Part shown: piece after piece, positions 1 to 12,856 of the stretch
Position numbering within the stretch: the stretch's first letter is position 1
How the letters are laid out: each line of letters starts with the position of its first letter
DNA from: Marsupella aquatica
Taxonomy: Eukaryota > Plantae > Marchantiophyta
Direction of reading: 5' to 3'
DNA length: 64,000 nucleotides
Assembly (NCBI GenBank): GCA_973895155.1
Contig: OZ316898.1
Coordinates: 2,455,927 to 2,519,926 of the forward strand
The notes under the pieces: model-generated
The model's database searches: none
What the model was told of the DNA's origin: nothing
What the model saw: the letters and a program-made list of their open reading frames with translations, nothing else
Made by a program: the position numbers and the translations under genes

Positions 1-103
1 GATGTCAAGTTTTAAACAGCAGTCAATTATGTTCGTCATAAAATGAAGAGGAACTAAACAATCTACTGATGTTTGTTGGGCTTTGTTTTTGTGCCTGCAA
101 CAG

Positions 104-528
104 CTCTGGATCTGTCAGGTGGGCGAATATCCAATCTTGGGCAGAGGCGATTGAACAGAGTATCCTCTTGCTCTTCATTGCCCCGCTTTTCATCAGATAA
201 TGAGGATCAAGTCATGGTAGAGGAAGTCGACAAGTCAGCCGATCTTGCGGTCATACCGTGGGTTCCAATGACACCAGTTGTTGTTCCTCCTAAAGTGAGG
301 CCAATTATTGAAGAGGTAGACGATGATTCCCATGATGTGGAAGATGCCGATGCAATGCTCGATGAGGATTCGATGGAAGTTGTAGATGAGAACCAGGTTA
401 TAATTACAGAGGACAGCATGACACCAATGGTGGGCCAATTCGGGAGCCCAATGCCAAGTTTCAGTGCTGCTCCTTGGCAAGCCGAGGCCTTACAGCCACC
501 TCTTACGGCACCAATGTGGTCACACTAG
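104..528 (+). CDS. Last coding exon of an uncharacterised plant protein (5' part outside the window)
   Basis: Polypyrimidine tract and CAG acceptor at 101-103, open to TAG at 528. Acidic, with a LAVIPWVP motif and a C-terminal P-rich tail ending in W-S-H. It resembles, from memory and unverified, a plant family of unknown function with an LAVVPWVP motif. A long UTR-like sequence follows. Confidence 0.75.
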
Positions 529-2429
529 GATGTACAGATGTAGGATGCTTCAACCTTCCTGTCCAAGTTTTGATGCCTCATGGGTAGAGTGTCCTGGTTA
601 TCTAGTATTGCACATGACGAAGAACTGAGTTGGATTGAAATGGTGAAATGAAGGGGTTCACAGGAATCACTGCCCTCGGGAGGCATATGCCTTAAGAAGT
701 ATCAGAGAGGAGAAAGGATTAGTGGGTGTCTGTTTACTCACCCGTCAACTAGTCGCTGGGCTCGTCAGCAAGGAACGACGTAGAGCTAAGGTGGAAAGTC
801 CAATGGTCAGGATGATTATCATACTGACATGTTTTTTACTAGTGATAAGATTAATGTACAAGTAGAGAATCAGCAGAGAGAATGGAGATAAGAGGAAGTT
901 ATTTTTTCGAGGACTGGCCGAAATCTTGTCAGCAGAGGAACTATGCTGACAGGACGAAGCTGGTTTTTGTTCTCCAGGTGATTATTGGTACGCAGCTTGA
1001 TGCAAGGCATAGGTTGTGTGCCATCATGTCATCCTGAATTTTTTTCTCATTGTTATCATTCCATCTCAATTACAGTTTTATGATGATGGTTTTGCCATCA
1101 TCAACAGAAGTTATCTGCCTATTTTGGAGCAGTGTCTTTGCATGTGTGAGCGTCGTCTGTGCAGTGAGGGGAGGTGAATGTTCTAATTTTTTTTCTGAAC
1201 CTTGAATTGTGAAGAAACGCTGCGAGCTACTAAAACTTGCAAAGGACCTTGACAGTGATTGCTGTTCCTAGGAGCTGATATGCAATACTCGTTTATCTCA
1301 TGCCGTCAATTGCTCTTGTGGGGTTTCTTAGGTGTACTCCTTGTTTGTCCAGGAGAAAATGCATGTAACTTTGCAGCTAGTTGAAGCAGTGTTAGTTCTA
1401 ATGAAGAAAGTTGGTCTCCCCGAAGATTGCTTTAAGAATCATCCGTGATTGTGCTCAGCTTGCTTCCAGGGCTTTCCGGCCACAAGCACTTTCATGCGTG
1501 AGGATTGTTGGAATTTTTGTCGTGGTTTTTTTAATCGTTGTGTCTCACAAATCGGTCACAGGTCGGTTTCCGCCATTATGAAAGCACAAGTATGCTCACC
1601 GCTTATGCAGATGACTCGCCTTCAGGCACAATCTTGTTGGCCACCCCAAGTCATGTTGCCGTATCTCATTCTTAGTAGGATTCTCATCTAATATTTCTGT
1701 TTGTTTCATAAAGCAGGTTGAGCTTGCATGATTGATACATTGTCCTTTTGCAGTAGCATCAGACTGACATAGCTCATCGTCCAGGCACGACAAACCGATA
1801 AGGGTGACAAAAAAATTTACGTACGAGGTTCTGCCTAATTTTACATTATGGTGTTTTTAAATTTTTATAGTGGTTATCTTGTTTGTGCCAGAGAAAGAGA
1901 GAATCATGTGCCAAAGAAAAGTTGTAGTGTTTGTTCTGCCAAAGAAAAGTTGTAGTGTTTTGTTGTACCAAAGATAGAGAGAAGTAAAATTTGGGTGCCA
2001 AAGAAAGAGGAATGAAGCAGAAGACAAAGATGAAATGGGGAGGGCCAGTGCAAATAGCTTCCTATGCAAGCGCAAGGACTCAGGAGAATTCATTTTGGGA
2101 TTCATTTCGTCCCATCCATGCCAAAGGGAGAGTGCAAAGAGCATCCAGTGCATGTGGGAGGACTGAGGAGGATCCTCCCTTCTCCCATGCAAAGAGCATC
2201 CCATGCAGGTGCAAGCACTCTAGAGGATCCTCTTGTCTAATCCATGTGCAGGACGGGAGGGGCTATGGAGGAGGTTGCTAAACTATCATAAATATCCCTC
2301 AGTGCAAACAGTATCAACCAACTGATAACTATAATCAACAAACTTGAGAAGGGGCGAACAAAATCCGCTTTAAATGTGTTCTAAAGTTAACAATCTGAAA
2401 GGAGTGAACACAATTCAACCGTCAAATGC

Positions 2430-3450
2430 ATTCAAGAGTATTTTTGGTCACTCTTGGATATTGCAAGAATTTCTTTGTCACTGTTGGATAATACATTCGA
2501 GAGTCATTATTGTCACTGTTGGATTGTGTGCATTAAAGTGTCCATGGGGCGTCTATTATCTTGGGAAATGGCTATGCACAATAGATTAATAGAGGATAAA
2601 TGATACGTGTGCATATTAAAATATATGTAATAATAAAAAAGTATGATGGTACATGCGTTACACCTGTAGCCCTCTAGCTGTACCTGAACACATCCAATTT
2701 CAAAAGGGGTGAATGTTGATTTGTTTAAATTAAATTTAAATTTATTGTTTTTAACTCACTATTTTCTCTGCTGTTTTTTTAGTATTTTGGAGGGATAGGA
2801 GAGATTCTTGTTTTCTGGTCAAATTCATGGGGCCTGTTTGCCTGCGTTTTGTGCCCACTGCCTCCCTCACATGGGAAGGGGGAGGAGAAAAGGGGGAAGA
2901 AGGAAAGAAAAGAGTTGTTGCATGATCCTACTTGGACCCCTTAGCCAGAGTTGCCTGTCTTGCACATCCTTGCATTCCCAAACAACATCACTTTTGCAAC
3001 AATAACATCAACCAAAAATATGATGACATTGCTGCACCAGCAATAATGCACCCAACCAAAATAACATTTTTTCAACCACAACATGACTACATAGATGAGA
3101 CAGCTGGAATGACACCACTTGTGCAACAATCACACAGCCTTCATGACAATTCAGTTGAAATAATTATAGATTCCAGAGTCACTATGATAATTGTGTAATG
3201 GGCATAGGGCTCCAAAGTTCACTTTGCCTCTATGGCACTTCTTTTCCTCAATGCCTTCCTCCACAACATCCTCTAAGCAACAACATCTTTTACTCATCAA
3301 CAGCTTTTGCATAACAACACCTTTTATGATCCATTTATCTATACAATGATATCTTTTGCGCAATGACACGAGCAATGACATTTCTATGCACTGGTCTTGG
3401 GCTAGTATCCCTTCTAAATCCTTAACGCACAGGTATTGAGCTACTATATG
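2430..3450. repeat. Dispersed repeat (transposon relic), copy 1; copy 2 at ~33050-34450
   Basis: Colinear similarity in several blocks, e.g. CAACCACAACATGACTACATAGATGAGACAGCTGGAATGAC vs CAACCATAACATGACTATACAGATGACACAGCTGGAACGAC. CpG-depleted and CpA/TpG-rich. Boundaries approximate. Confidence 0.7.
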
Positions 3451-4845
3451 TATATTGAAAGCTTCTCTACTGAGCATATATGGTAGACCTCTACTGCAGG
3501 TGGAGCACAAATGTCAAAAGGAGTGAGTGAACAAAGGCAATTGAGGTACCTTGACTGCTGGATGTTGCCTAAGAGTGCTTGATTGTTGAGAGCACAAATT
3601 TGCATTAGATTTTTTTGATGGTTTAGATTGCCAACGCTTACTCAAGTGCTTTGCCACATAAGCATAGTCCATTCTCAAGCAGGTGAAGAGATATCAATGG
3701 CCTAAAACTTCATTTAGAGAGTCTGAAAGCCCTTGTTGTCCCGACCCCTTACATTCCTCTCACATGATTACAACTCTAACCAGAAATCAATAAATTGAGA
3801 ACAAGAAAAACTGGGTGGAAAAGCCAACTTGTTAGAAGATTTGAATTTATTAAATTCAGAAATTTTTTCTGAAGTTGGTAGTCAAATGTGAACATTGGTA
3901 CAAAGGAAAGGTGATATCTTAATAAAAAATAACCTTGGCAAAAGACACTGGATATTTGTAATTTAAATGTTGGAAAACTATAAAAATCCTGGATGGACCA
4001 TACCAGTTAAAGAGCCACTCGGATGGCCACACCCCAGGACCAGTTTCAAATGTTTCTCTGAGCTGAAATTGTATCCTTTCCATTATATAAACAATGGTCA
4101 CACTTTTGGGTCTCAACAGCTGAGGTCCATCCAAGTTTAATGGTCAAACATTGTGGTCCATGCAGAGAAATCTGAAAACAGGTTTATCACATTTTCCTTC
4201 ACTTATTATTGTGCTTTTTCTCCTCATTTTTGGCGATAATGCAAGTCAATTCACAATCAATAGTGGACAAGCGATTGCAACGATCCAACGATGCCAAGAC
4301 CCGTATTCCAAATGCAAACCGCCTACGTGTAAGCGTGTTAGCATTTGTGCCCCACCACCCCCAAACAAAAGCAACTTTTATGGCAGCAAGAGAGCTAATT
4401 GGACGGTAATCTTAAAACAATCAAATTAAAAACAAAAACACAGTAAATCAAAGACGTCATCACATAAGACAGGAAGTACTCTTTCTCGTACGGTGGACAC
4501 GTGGATAATTTCCACCATAGATCCTTCCCATCCAACGGATCATAATAGGATAGCGTTGCGGCCAATGGGAGTCGGATCTGCTGCCCGTCATATGCCAACT
4601 GGGATTGATCCGCCCCCTCCCCCGAAACCCACGAACCCGAGACTCTAGTTCAGCTAACCCGAGCCCGAGGTTTACAAGAACAGTACACGTAGCAGAGCCG
4701 AGACTCGACCGAAAGTCGAATTCTCAGAATATCCCTTTCATTCGCCAGGGATCTAACGGTCATAAAAGAATCCTAGATTCTGGGGATACACTGCAGCCGT
4801 GGATTCCCTTCCCCCATGAATGCGGAGAAATGCCAGTTCGCGAAT

Positions 4846-5140
4846 AGACGAGACGAGAAGAGACGAGACGAGAAGAGGAGACGAGAGGAGAGAAGTGAAG
4901 AGAAGAGAGGAGAGGGGAGAAGAGATGAGGAGCGAAAGGAATGGAGTGGAGGAGAGGAGAAGAGATTGGAGGACGAGCACGAGGAGCGATGGAAGGAACA
5001 GGGAGCAGAATTGAGCTGGGCTCGATGGGAAGTGTGGAATGATTTGGTGGTCGCAGTGCGGCTGCACAAGAAGAATTGATTCGGGACGAGGAGAAGGAGG
5101 AGGAAGAAGAGGAGGGCGAGGAGGGCGAGGAGGGAGTTGG
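4846..5140 (+). repeat. Purine-rich (GAGAC/GAGAA/GAG)n tract in the CYP38 5' leader
   Basis: Directly visible low-complexity repeats immediately upstream of ATG 5145. Confidence 0.8.
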
Positions 5141-5144
5141 AAAG

Positions 5145-8100
5145 ATGCAAGCCATGAAGTCGTTGGGTGTTTTAGCTCCCTCGCAACGATTTCAAGCTGC
5201 CTGCTTCTGCCCCTCGGCTAGATTGTCGTCTCCATCGTCGAGCTATCATCAGAAGGCTGCTGTAGGACTAGGGAGCCGGAATGAGGCTGTCTTTCGGCTT
5301 CGTGGTGGGAGAACGGAGAGTGGTGCTTTCGCTGGTGGTGCTGCCTCGGTCTCGGTCTCGGTCCGTGCTTCTTCGTCAGCCGGTTCATCCAGCTCAAATG
5401 ATTCTGTAGAGGTATGTACGGGAGTGCCAATCCTGGGAAATGCCGCTAGAGAATGGCGGATTCTGTTTGCCAGAGGACTCAATTGAGGGAACGGAATTGA
5501 CAGTGCAACTTGGAACAGAAAGCCCTCGCAAAGAGAGAAGGTTTGTCTGTCGGTAGTTGTTGTGTCTGAGGTCGGGACATGTCTCAATGGTAAGTGGAGC
5601 CGCTTGAACAACCTCCAAAAGGAAGTTGGAATGGAGAGGACTTGAGACCAATGGCCCAGGGAGGTGCCTTCAGTTGCCTTGGACATTACTGAATGTTGGT
5701 CCAAGGTCTGTGGGGTTGAGATTATTTATCTGAAAGTACTCCATAGGGCATGACTGGAAAATGCAGCTAGAGAATGGTAAAATTTTACAGTCCGTAGCAT
5801 TAATCGGGATAAGGAATCGAACTGACCAAATGGGACAGGAAGCACCTAAAGAAAAGAGAAGTTCGTTGCTTGGGTTTCTACTCCTTGCCATGTGCTATTG
5901 TCTCGCATTATCTTGATTGGTTGTATCGAAATTAACTGGTCACGCGAGATCTCATTTTATGGAATCAATAACTGAGCTGGTCGATTGATGTTTTAGGGGC
6001 AATGTTCTTGCTAGGTCCTGAGAATTCGAAGCTGAGAATTTAAAACTTGGTTGGCAGGAGAGAGAAGGGTGGTCACTTCGGAGTGTGGCGAACTCGGTGC
6101 AGAAGTGTATGTTATGTGCGGCGTTAGCAGCGGCTGTAGCTTTGCCCCAAGTTACCCCTGCCTCGAATGTTTTTGCTGCTCCGGGTCCCGTAGTTTCGGA
6201 ATTAGCTGGGTTAGTTTCAGGTCCTCCAGTCAAAGATCCAGAAGCATTACTGAGATACGCTTTGCCCATTACTAACAAGCCTATTAAGGAGGTGCAGAAG
6301 ACGCTCGAAGAGATCACTGACATCCTGAAGCTTCCAGGGGCGAAAGCTATCGACCCAGTTGAAAGGGTATGGAGCCACTCAGCCAGCAAAATACCCATAT
6401 CATCTCTGGATTGACTCCTTCGCTCACGGATAGTGTAAGAGGGTTTAGGGTTTATATTGCTCTCACAGAGTTTAGCAAAGCTTGATGAAGATTGAGTTTT
6501 GAAGGAGGGCAACTTCAGTCGTTTATGTGCTAGTTTGGGTACGCTGTCTGCCACCGTGGTGAGGGATTGTATCTTAAAACACTTAATTATGGCTCTCGTG
6601 CTGATGAGCATAAATTGTTGCAGACTGTGCGGCAATCATCTCGTTTGTTGAACCAAAACAAGGAGGGAATCCTCGCTGACGTATCAGTTCCCAAAAAGGA
6701 GGAGGCCCAACAACTCTTGGTCAAATTAAGCGAAGGCTTGGTGGACTTTCAAAAGATTCTGGAGGCCAAGGACCGAAATGCCATTGCGCCAAAACAGAGA
6801 GAGCTCCTTGAAATTGTTGGCGAGTAAGTATGGTGAAGGTGTGTCCTTTTGTTCTGTTTATGAGGCATTCAGAATTGTCCGAGGATTGTCATAAAAACGT
6901 GCACATGTTTCACGCCCCCGTTAGATGCAGAACCTATACACCTCCCAGTTTCTTTTCCGATCAAGCTAGGTAGCAAGGATGTTGATAAGGCCCTTAATTG
7001 CGATATGCAGCGGAGTAATGTAATCGTGTGCTTGGTTGAAGATTTTTTCAGTCCTTCATCTGGCAAGCCCCAGTCCTGAAGAAATGTAACTTCGTTTGGC
7101 AGTGTGGAAGAGGCCATGGTGGAGAAATTTCCATACGACTTGCCGGCTGAATATAACAGCAAGCCTTGGCTAAAGGGCCGAGCCAGCGTTGAAATGAAAG
7201 TGAAAGTGAAGGACAACCCCAACATAAAGGACGCGATCTTCGAAATTACGGTGGACGGATATAACGCGCCCCTCACGTCCGGTAACTTCATTGATCTGGT
7301 GGTGCGCCGCTTTTACGACGGCATGGAGATTCAAAGGGGTAATCTGTTGTACCTACGCCTTGGAGTCGTACATTAGAAGGCTCCATTCGACAACTGAGCG
7401 GTGCTTGGTCCCAGCAGAATTAGGAATAGCCGAGAGTGTGTAGACGAGGGATGGAGCACAGTGACAGTACGAAGCTGTAATCTCAGACGTAGTGCGGGTT
7501 ATGGAATATGTGCTCACCCTGTAGCTGATCTTCGAAAGTGTTGATTCTTGTGCAGCCGATGGATTTGTGGTGCAAACAGGTGATCCAGATGGGCCTGCTG
7601 ATGGCTTTGTAGATCCGAGCACTGGCAAGCTCCGTACAATTCCTCTTGAGATTATGGTCGACGGCGATAAGGAACCCATCTACGGCGCAACTCTTGAGGT
7701 TGTCTCTTTGCTATTGATGGAATCTGTATGCTTTGTAGAACAGTCTTCATTTCGAGTAGAACCCATCTAGTAAACTTTCTGTGTTATTTGCGTCCTGAGA
7801 ATCTCTATTTGTAATCAACTGTCACAATTCTTCTTGGTCGATACATGGCAAGATTCTTCAATCACATAAGTTTCTCACCGGCGGGTATGGAAGATTGACC
7901 CAGTCTGTTCTTCTGTGTGCCAATGTGGTGGGCATTGAATCTAGGAACTTGGCCGCTTTAGGGAACGAACAAAGCTTCCATTCAACGCCTTTGGTACTAT
8001 GGCGATGGCTAGGGAGGTATGTGTGAAGAGTCTATTTCCTATATTCTGCATGGACGCACATCCAATGTACTACGTATCTCAGGACCCTGTAGACTGAGCA

Positions 8101-8548
8101 GGAAGAGCTCGCAATATTAAACTTGCACTAGTCCTAGCACCAAGCACCAAGGATCTGACTTGTTCTATCCTGTTATCACATTGTTGATATTTCCTCGATT
8201 GTGCTTGTATACCACTGAAGTCTTGATTCGATCTCGTCTCGTACAAGTGAGCACTAGTATGCAAGTTTTGGTGCTGAGCTGCTTTGTAATATTTCCTCGT
8301 TGCTTGATCACATCCAGGAGTTTGAACCAGACTCAGCTTCGAGCCAGATTTTTTGGCTATTGAAGGAGAGCGAGTTGACTCCAAGCAATGCCAACATTCT
8401 GGATGGGACTTACTCAGTTTTTGGTTATGTAACACAGAATGAAGATCTGTTCGCAGACCTCAAAGTCGGGGATGTTATAGAGAGTATTAAAGTCACGAAC
8501 GGTTTGGACAATCTTATGAATCCCAGTTATGCAATTGGCGGTGCTTAG
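5145..8548 (+). CDS. CYP38: Thylakoid lumen cyclophilin-type PPIase CYP38/TLP40 (photosystem II assembly), 485 aa
   Basis: Exons 5145-5411, 6058-6366, 6624-6823, 7103-7338, 7556-7698, 7945-8016, 8318-8548. All introns GT-AG, phases consistent, total 1458 nt. Contains [59 protein letters not shown] and [13 protein letters not shown] as in CYP38. Ser-rich transit peptide plus hydrophobic lumenal signal. Confidence 0.96.
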
Positions 8549-9289
8549 GACTTCTGTACTCTGCTCTACCACCCCTGTAAACTTAATATTCTTGGTACAG
8601 AATCTTCGATTTTTTCTCAGATCAGTTTCCATAAAGAGCTGAATTATGACAACCACAAAGCTTGCTTCTCCATGGAGCAAATTCCCTTCAGCTTTCAGTA
8701 AGATTGTCCAAAGAAACATTCAGTCTATCAGCCATCTCAAGAGTGACTTGTTAGAAATACCCCTGGCTATTGTTCCTTCGAAGGAGGCTTCAAATGCAGA
8801 AAAGCTATGTTATGATCGTAGTGAAATATGTACTGTAGTTAGTGTGAGAATTTGGTGAAACAAGGAAAGCTCTATGTTCAGAGTAGCCTTCCTTTTGGTC
8901 CCTGGTGTCCCAGACCCCATGTGTATCTGACCAAGTTTATGGGCAGCTTGGATTATGAGGTGAAATGATTTTGAAAAGCACAACCTGAAATGGCCCAACA
9001 CAACGGTTAACCCAACTATCCTAGAGCCATCTCTGTTCGTGTATTAAATAAAAATACTGAAAAAATTGGCCGACTAACAATATGTAATTGGGTCCTTGTG
9101 AAACCTCAGGGCAATTTTGTTAGTCAAATGTTAACAATTTACATCCTGGTGTAAACACTGACACTAGTGCTTAATGAATTTGGAGCTCCCATATACCACA
9201 CGGTTGGTCTTTGAAATCCCCAAGGACAACATTTCCCAAAGTTTGAGTTTAGTTCTAATAACTTCAAATTCATAAATTCTAATATTTTC

Positions 9290-10780
9290 TATTTACGGAC
9301 CCCCATTAGGGGTCTCTTGCAAATTCTCTGCCATGAGGTTGCGCCACATCATCACAACTAGCCACAAATAAGAATGATCCTACTTTTAACAATAACAAAC
9401 GTGCACATTCCTGTTTGTGGCAAAAACAACGTAATTTTTGGGGCGCCATGCCGTAAATATTAAACGTAAAAAAACCAAAATACAAAGGACGAGATATCAT
9501 TTAGTAAAACAAAGTTACCATTTTGATGTTTGTCAAAAATATATCAGTGTTTTATATCAAAATGTTTCTATTTTTTAATTGTTTACAAGTTTGAAAAAAT
9601 CAATCGATATACAATGTACATAATTAAAACCCATTTGGCTTCACATTGTAAAACTAAATAATAAATCTTCTTAGTACTTGATAAAATTTTCCAATGTTTG
9701 ATTCATTGGAAAATTCAAGATCAAGATTTAGAAACTAGTGATATCTTTAGTAATGTCTTGATAAAATCTCTCAATGTCACTCATTGGAAAGCTAGAGTAA
9801 AATTAAAAACTCATCATCTCCTTAGTACTTGACAAAATCTATCAATGTTAGGTTCATTGGAAAGCTAGAGAAATTTAGATACTCATGATCTCTCTATTTC
9901 TTGACAAATAATCTCAATGTCACACATTAGAAAGCTAAAAAGATTGAAAACCTCCTGATCTCTTGAGCACCGTGACAAAATCTGACATAAAATTTGTAAA
10001 TGTTAAACTCAATGTTAGAAAGCTAAAAGAATTCATGAATTCATAATCAAAATTTCTTATACTAACACTCATTGGAAAGGCAAAGATATTCAAAAACTCA
10101 TATGGAACTTGACAAAATTTGTCAATTTGAGGCTCATTGGAAACCCTTTCTCGATTAAGAGATATCACAATCTCGTCACCATCACAAACTTAGCCATTAC
10201 AAATTGATTTCTTTGATTACGTCACCATCACTTGTCCACAATGTTTGCTTCCCGGCTTGAATTGTTCGCATCTCTTAGATAATCTTCAACTAAAGCTCAC
10301 TCTGAACACAGGTTGACGCCAAATGCAACCTCTATGTCAAAGAAACAATTATTGGTCTTCCCCTCACATCATAGCTTTCTTAAATAAAAATAACTACAAA
10401 TCCTTTGTTTGAAGTGACGGCTCGTTCGTTTTGTGTGAACATTCTTCCCACCAAATTGACAAGCGCTCTTTTGCCAACAGCTGAGTGTTGTGCTCTAGTC
10501 TATCTTGTGGCGGTAATGCTCAATGTAACTCACAAACAATCAATCAAGAATGGTTGAAAGATTATTTCTCCAATGTGTAAGCAAAACCTATAAGAAAACT
10601 CAATTCCTCCACATTCAACCTTCCGTTTGATTAATCTCTATCTTTTGAGCATTTGTTTTTGTACGAGCACACACCAACACCATCGGGAGACTCAAAACCG
10701 TTGGTTACCGCCTTGATGAAAATTGATTTCACTTAATCACACAAACATTCCTTGGATGAACATGGGGGTCCACGGATTAA
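9290..10780. mobile_element. Putative non-autonomous DNA transposon with short TIRs, copy 1 (encloses an LRR-like relic)
   Basis: Left end TATTTACGGACCCCC (9290-9304), right end GGGGGTCCACGGATTAA (10764-10780). The left ~270 bp are homologous to 55576-55850, which is closed by an equivalent inverted motif at 56397-56412. No clear TSD. Confidence 0.5.
9650..10720 (+). pseudogene. Decayed leucine-rich-repeat coding fragment
   Basis: Tandem degenerate units averaging about 72 nt, anchored at 9705, 9783, 9856, 9926, 10014, 10071 and 10136. They read IGKLEKFRY (9856), IRKLKRLKT (9926), IGN/LSRLRDITIS (10136, one frameshift) and NTIGRLKTVGY (10676), matching the plant LRR consensus xIGxLxxLxxLxL. 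Many stops and indels. Confidence 0.6.
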
Positions 10781-11202
10781 TTTTGGGATAAACTAGAGGA
10801 ATAGGTAAGGTACACTTTGATCAAAGTGACTGGATTTTTGGCCATTTTGGTTGAGTTTTTCATCACAGATTGCGGAGTGGGAAATTCTATGAGATTAAAT
10901 TTCATTGTGTATAATATGAAATATTTGGATTTGCGTTTTCTATGTCTCATTCTCTAGTTGCCTTGTGGGTGCAAAAGTAAAAAAATAATTCTAGGACTCG
11001 TAATCATCAAGTTATAGAACTTAGCCATTCAAAGCAATATAATAAGTAGTCACATGGCATGTAGGAAGAGAATATGTACGTATATAATAGGGCACACTAG
11101 TTTCACTGTAGGAGTATGCTATGGACGCTAATTGTGTTTGCCCCAATGTTGCATCCCACCTTCAATGTTGACCTTTGAATCCCATGTCAATGGGGTCTAG
11201 GT

Positions 11203-11546
11203 TGTTAGATATTGCTCTAGTCTTGTGACTCATGAGCTAACTACAGTTAGGCTAACTCGGGTTAGGACTTAGCTAATGTTAGCGGTAGTGCTGTTGTGTA
11301 TATAGCCAGGGCTGATGCCAGACCCTGGTGGAACTTAGGCTCATTGTTACGGAGCTAGTTGAGAGATAGGGAGAGCTTGTGCTATGGATGTTTGGTATGG
11401 CCGGTCGGCCTAGAGTGCAGTAAAGCTCTTGTGTGTTCCCGTGGACGTAGCCTCATGTGGAGGTGAACCACGTATCTCTCTGTGTCGACTCTTGTGCATT
11501 GGATGGTTCATGGGCTTGCCGTTACGAATGTCGTCTATGCTCAACA
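11203..11546 (+). mobile_element. Solo LTR, Ty1/copia-like
   Basis: Starts TGTTAG and ends TCAACA, with a perfect 5-bp TSD TAGGT (11198-11202 and 11547-11551). Internal TATA-like GTATATAG and the CCCGTGGACGTAG...GAACCACGTA motif typical of plant copia LTRs. Confidence 0.88.
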
Positions 11547-11550
11547 TAGG

Positions 11551-11669
11551 TAATTGCACATCAAAATATGACATATACTTTGCACATCCCTCCATACCAT
11601 GATAAACCTAGTTATTTTCTTTAACTCAATGAGTGCACACATATCTTATCACATTTTGATGTGTGATTA
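11551..11669. mobile_element. Small MITE-like element, copy 1
   Basis: Inverted ends TAATTGCACATCAAAATATGA / TCACATTTTGATGTGTGATTA (18/21 match). Homologous copy at 24873-25003. Confidence 0.65.
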
Positions 11670-12158
11670 TGGGCAATGATGCCAAGGTCAACAGGTTTCT
11701 GTCTAACGGTAGGCTGTGACCATAGGGTCTCATTTGCACTTAATTGTAGAGATTTAAGTCCACTTTTATGTTCCTTATTATAATTAAGAAACAATCTACG
11801 GATGAGTAGTTATCTGGGACGAGATCTCCATCCAAACCTTCTAAACTTGGGTGGGATCCCAAAATAGTCTTTTGCATGAAAATTGCACTTTTTGCTCTAA
11901 ATGGATACTAGTTGAAATACACATTATTACAGATCCCAAGCCATAATATATTCTATCCAAGCAAAATGATTGGGGTGAGGATCCCATCCGAGCTTATATC
12001 TCATTTATTTACATGTACTTCCTGGAATTTAACATTATTTTGTTTTGATTTCATACTATGGTAGGCATTATTTAGCTTGCAAGTTATGATGGCCAAAAGT
12101 TATATATTTTAACAAAAATGGGTTCACATGTATCTTACTTATAAAGTGTCAACTGCAA

Positions 12159-12370
12159 ACTAGAGTTGTGACCTAGGCTTCTAGAGTGAAGCCTCTAGAC
12201 CGTAACTCCTTGCATAACTCCATGGCTCATCATGTGGATGGGAAAACTCATGACTATGATGTATGTCAAATGATAATGTGCATAGAAAGAGAGATGTACA
12301 TAAAAACGAATATGGTATATTATGTATGATTATTAAAATTATTACATGCATGATTTTTTTTATCATTCAA
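12159..12370. repeat. Dispersed repeat; inverted copy at ~23125-23272
   Basis: CTAGGCTTCTAGAGTGAAG...ACCGTAACTC and TGTGGATGGGAAAACTCATGA match the reverse complement of 23125-23272. Confidence 0.6.
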
Positions 12371-12856
12371 ATAATGTGAGTAAGGTATATATTTTGGTGA
12401 TATTTTTATTTTACTGCCCTCTATTCATGTTCAATGGGTAGTAGGGCTAGTTGGCACAAGTACTATTGTAGGAAAATGGGCCCAGAAATCATAGTGCACA
12501 ATATTGTGGAATTCAGCTTATTCTTAGCAAGTAGGTTGGATTTGATCACTGGTCTGGTTTTTTTGCGTGACCCTAATTCTCACTATGGTACATGATTTCC
12601 AGCCTTTGTGAAGTGAGCAACACTAGACAAGTCTTAAACCCTCTCTCTCGACTTCGTGACGTCTGGGGTTTAGAAACCCCCAAGCTTTGTCTATGTTCTG
12701 AGGTCGAGACGTGCGTAGATCTCTTTCTCTCTTCCTCTCTCTCTCGCACACAGATCTGTGATTTGCAGTGGTTCTCTGTTGCTCTGCTTTATTTTCGCCG
12801 GCAGGCAGAGAAGAGTGGTGCTCGTGGAGGAAGAAAGAGAGAAACAAGGCGGAGCG

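Noticed and set aside
4753-5155. Several overlapping ORFs of 60-131 aa on both strands
   Set aside because: Artefacts of the GA-rich low-complexity leader. The ATG at 4816 could only matter as a uORF if it lies inside the transcript, which is unknown.
5952-7679. Long antisense ORFs over CYP38 (also over the F-box and TPR genes)
   Set aside because: Shadows of real coding exons on the opposite strand.
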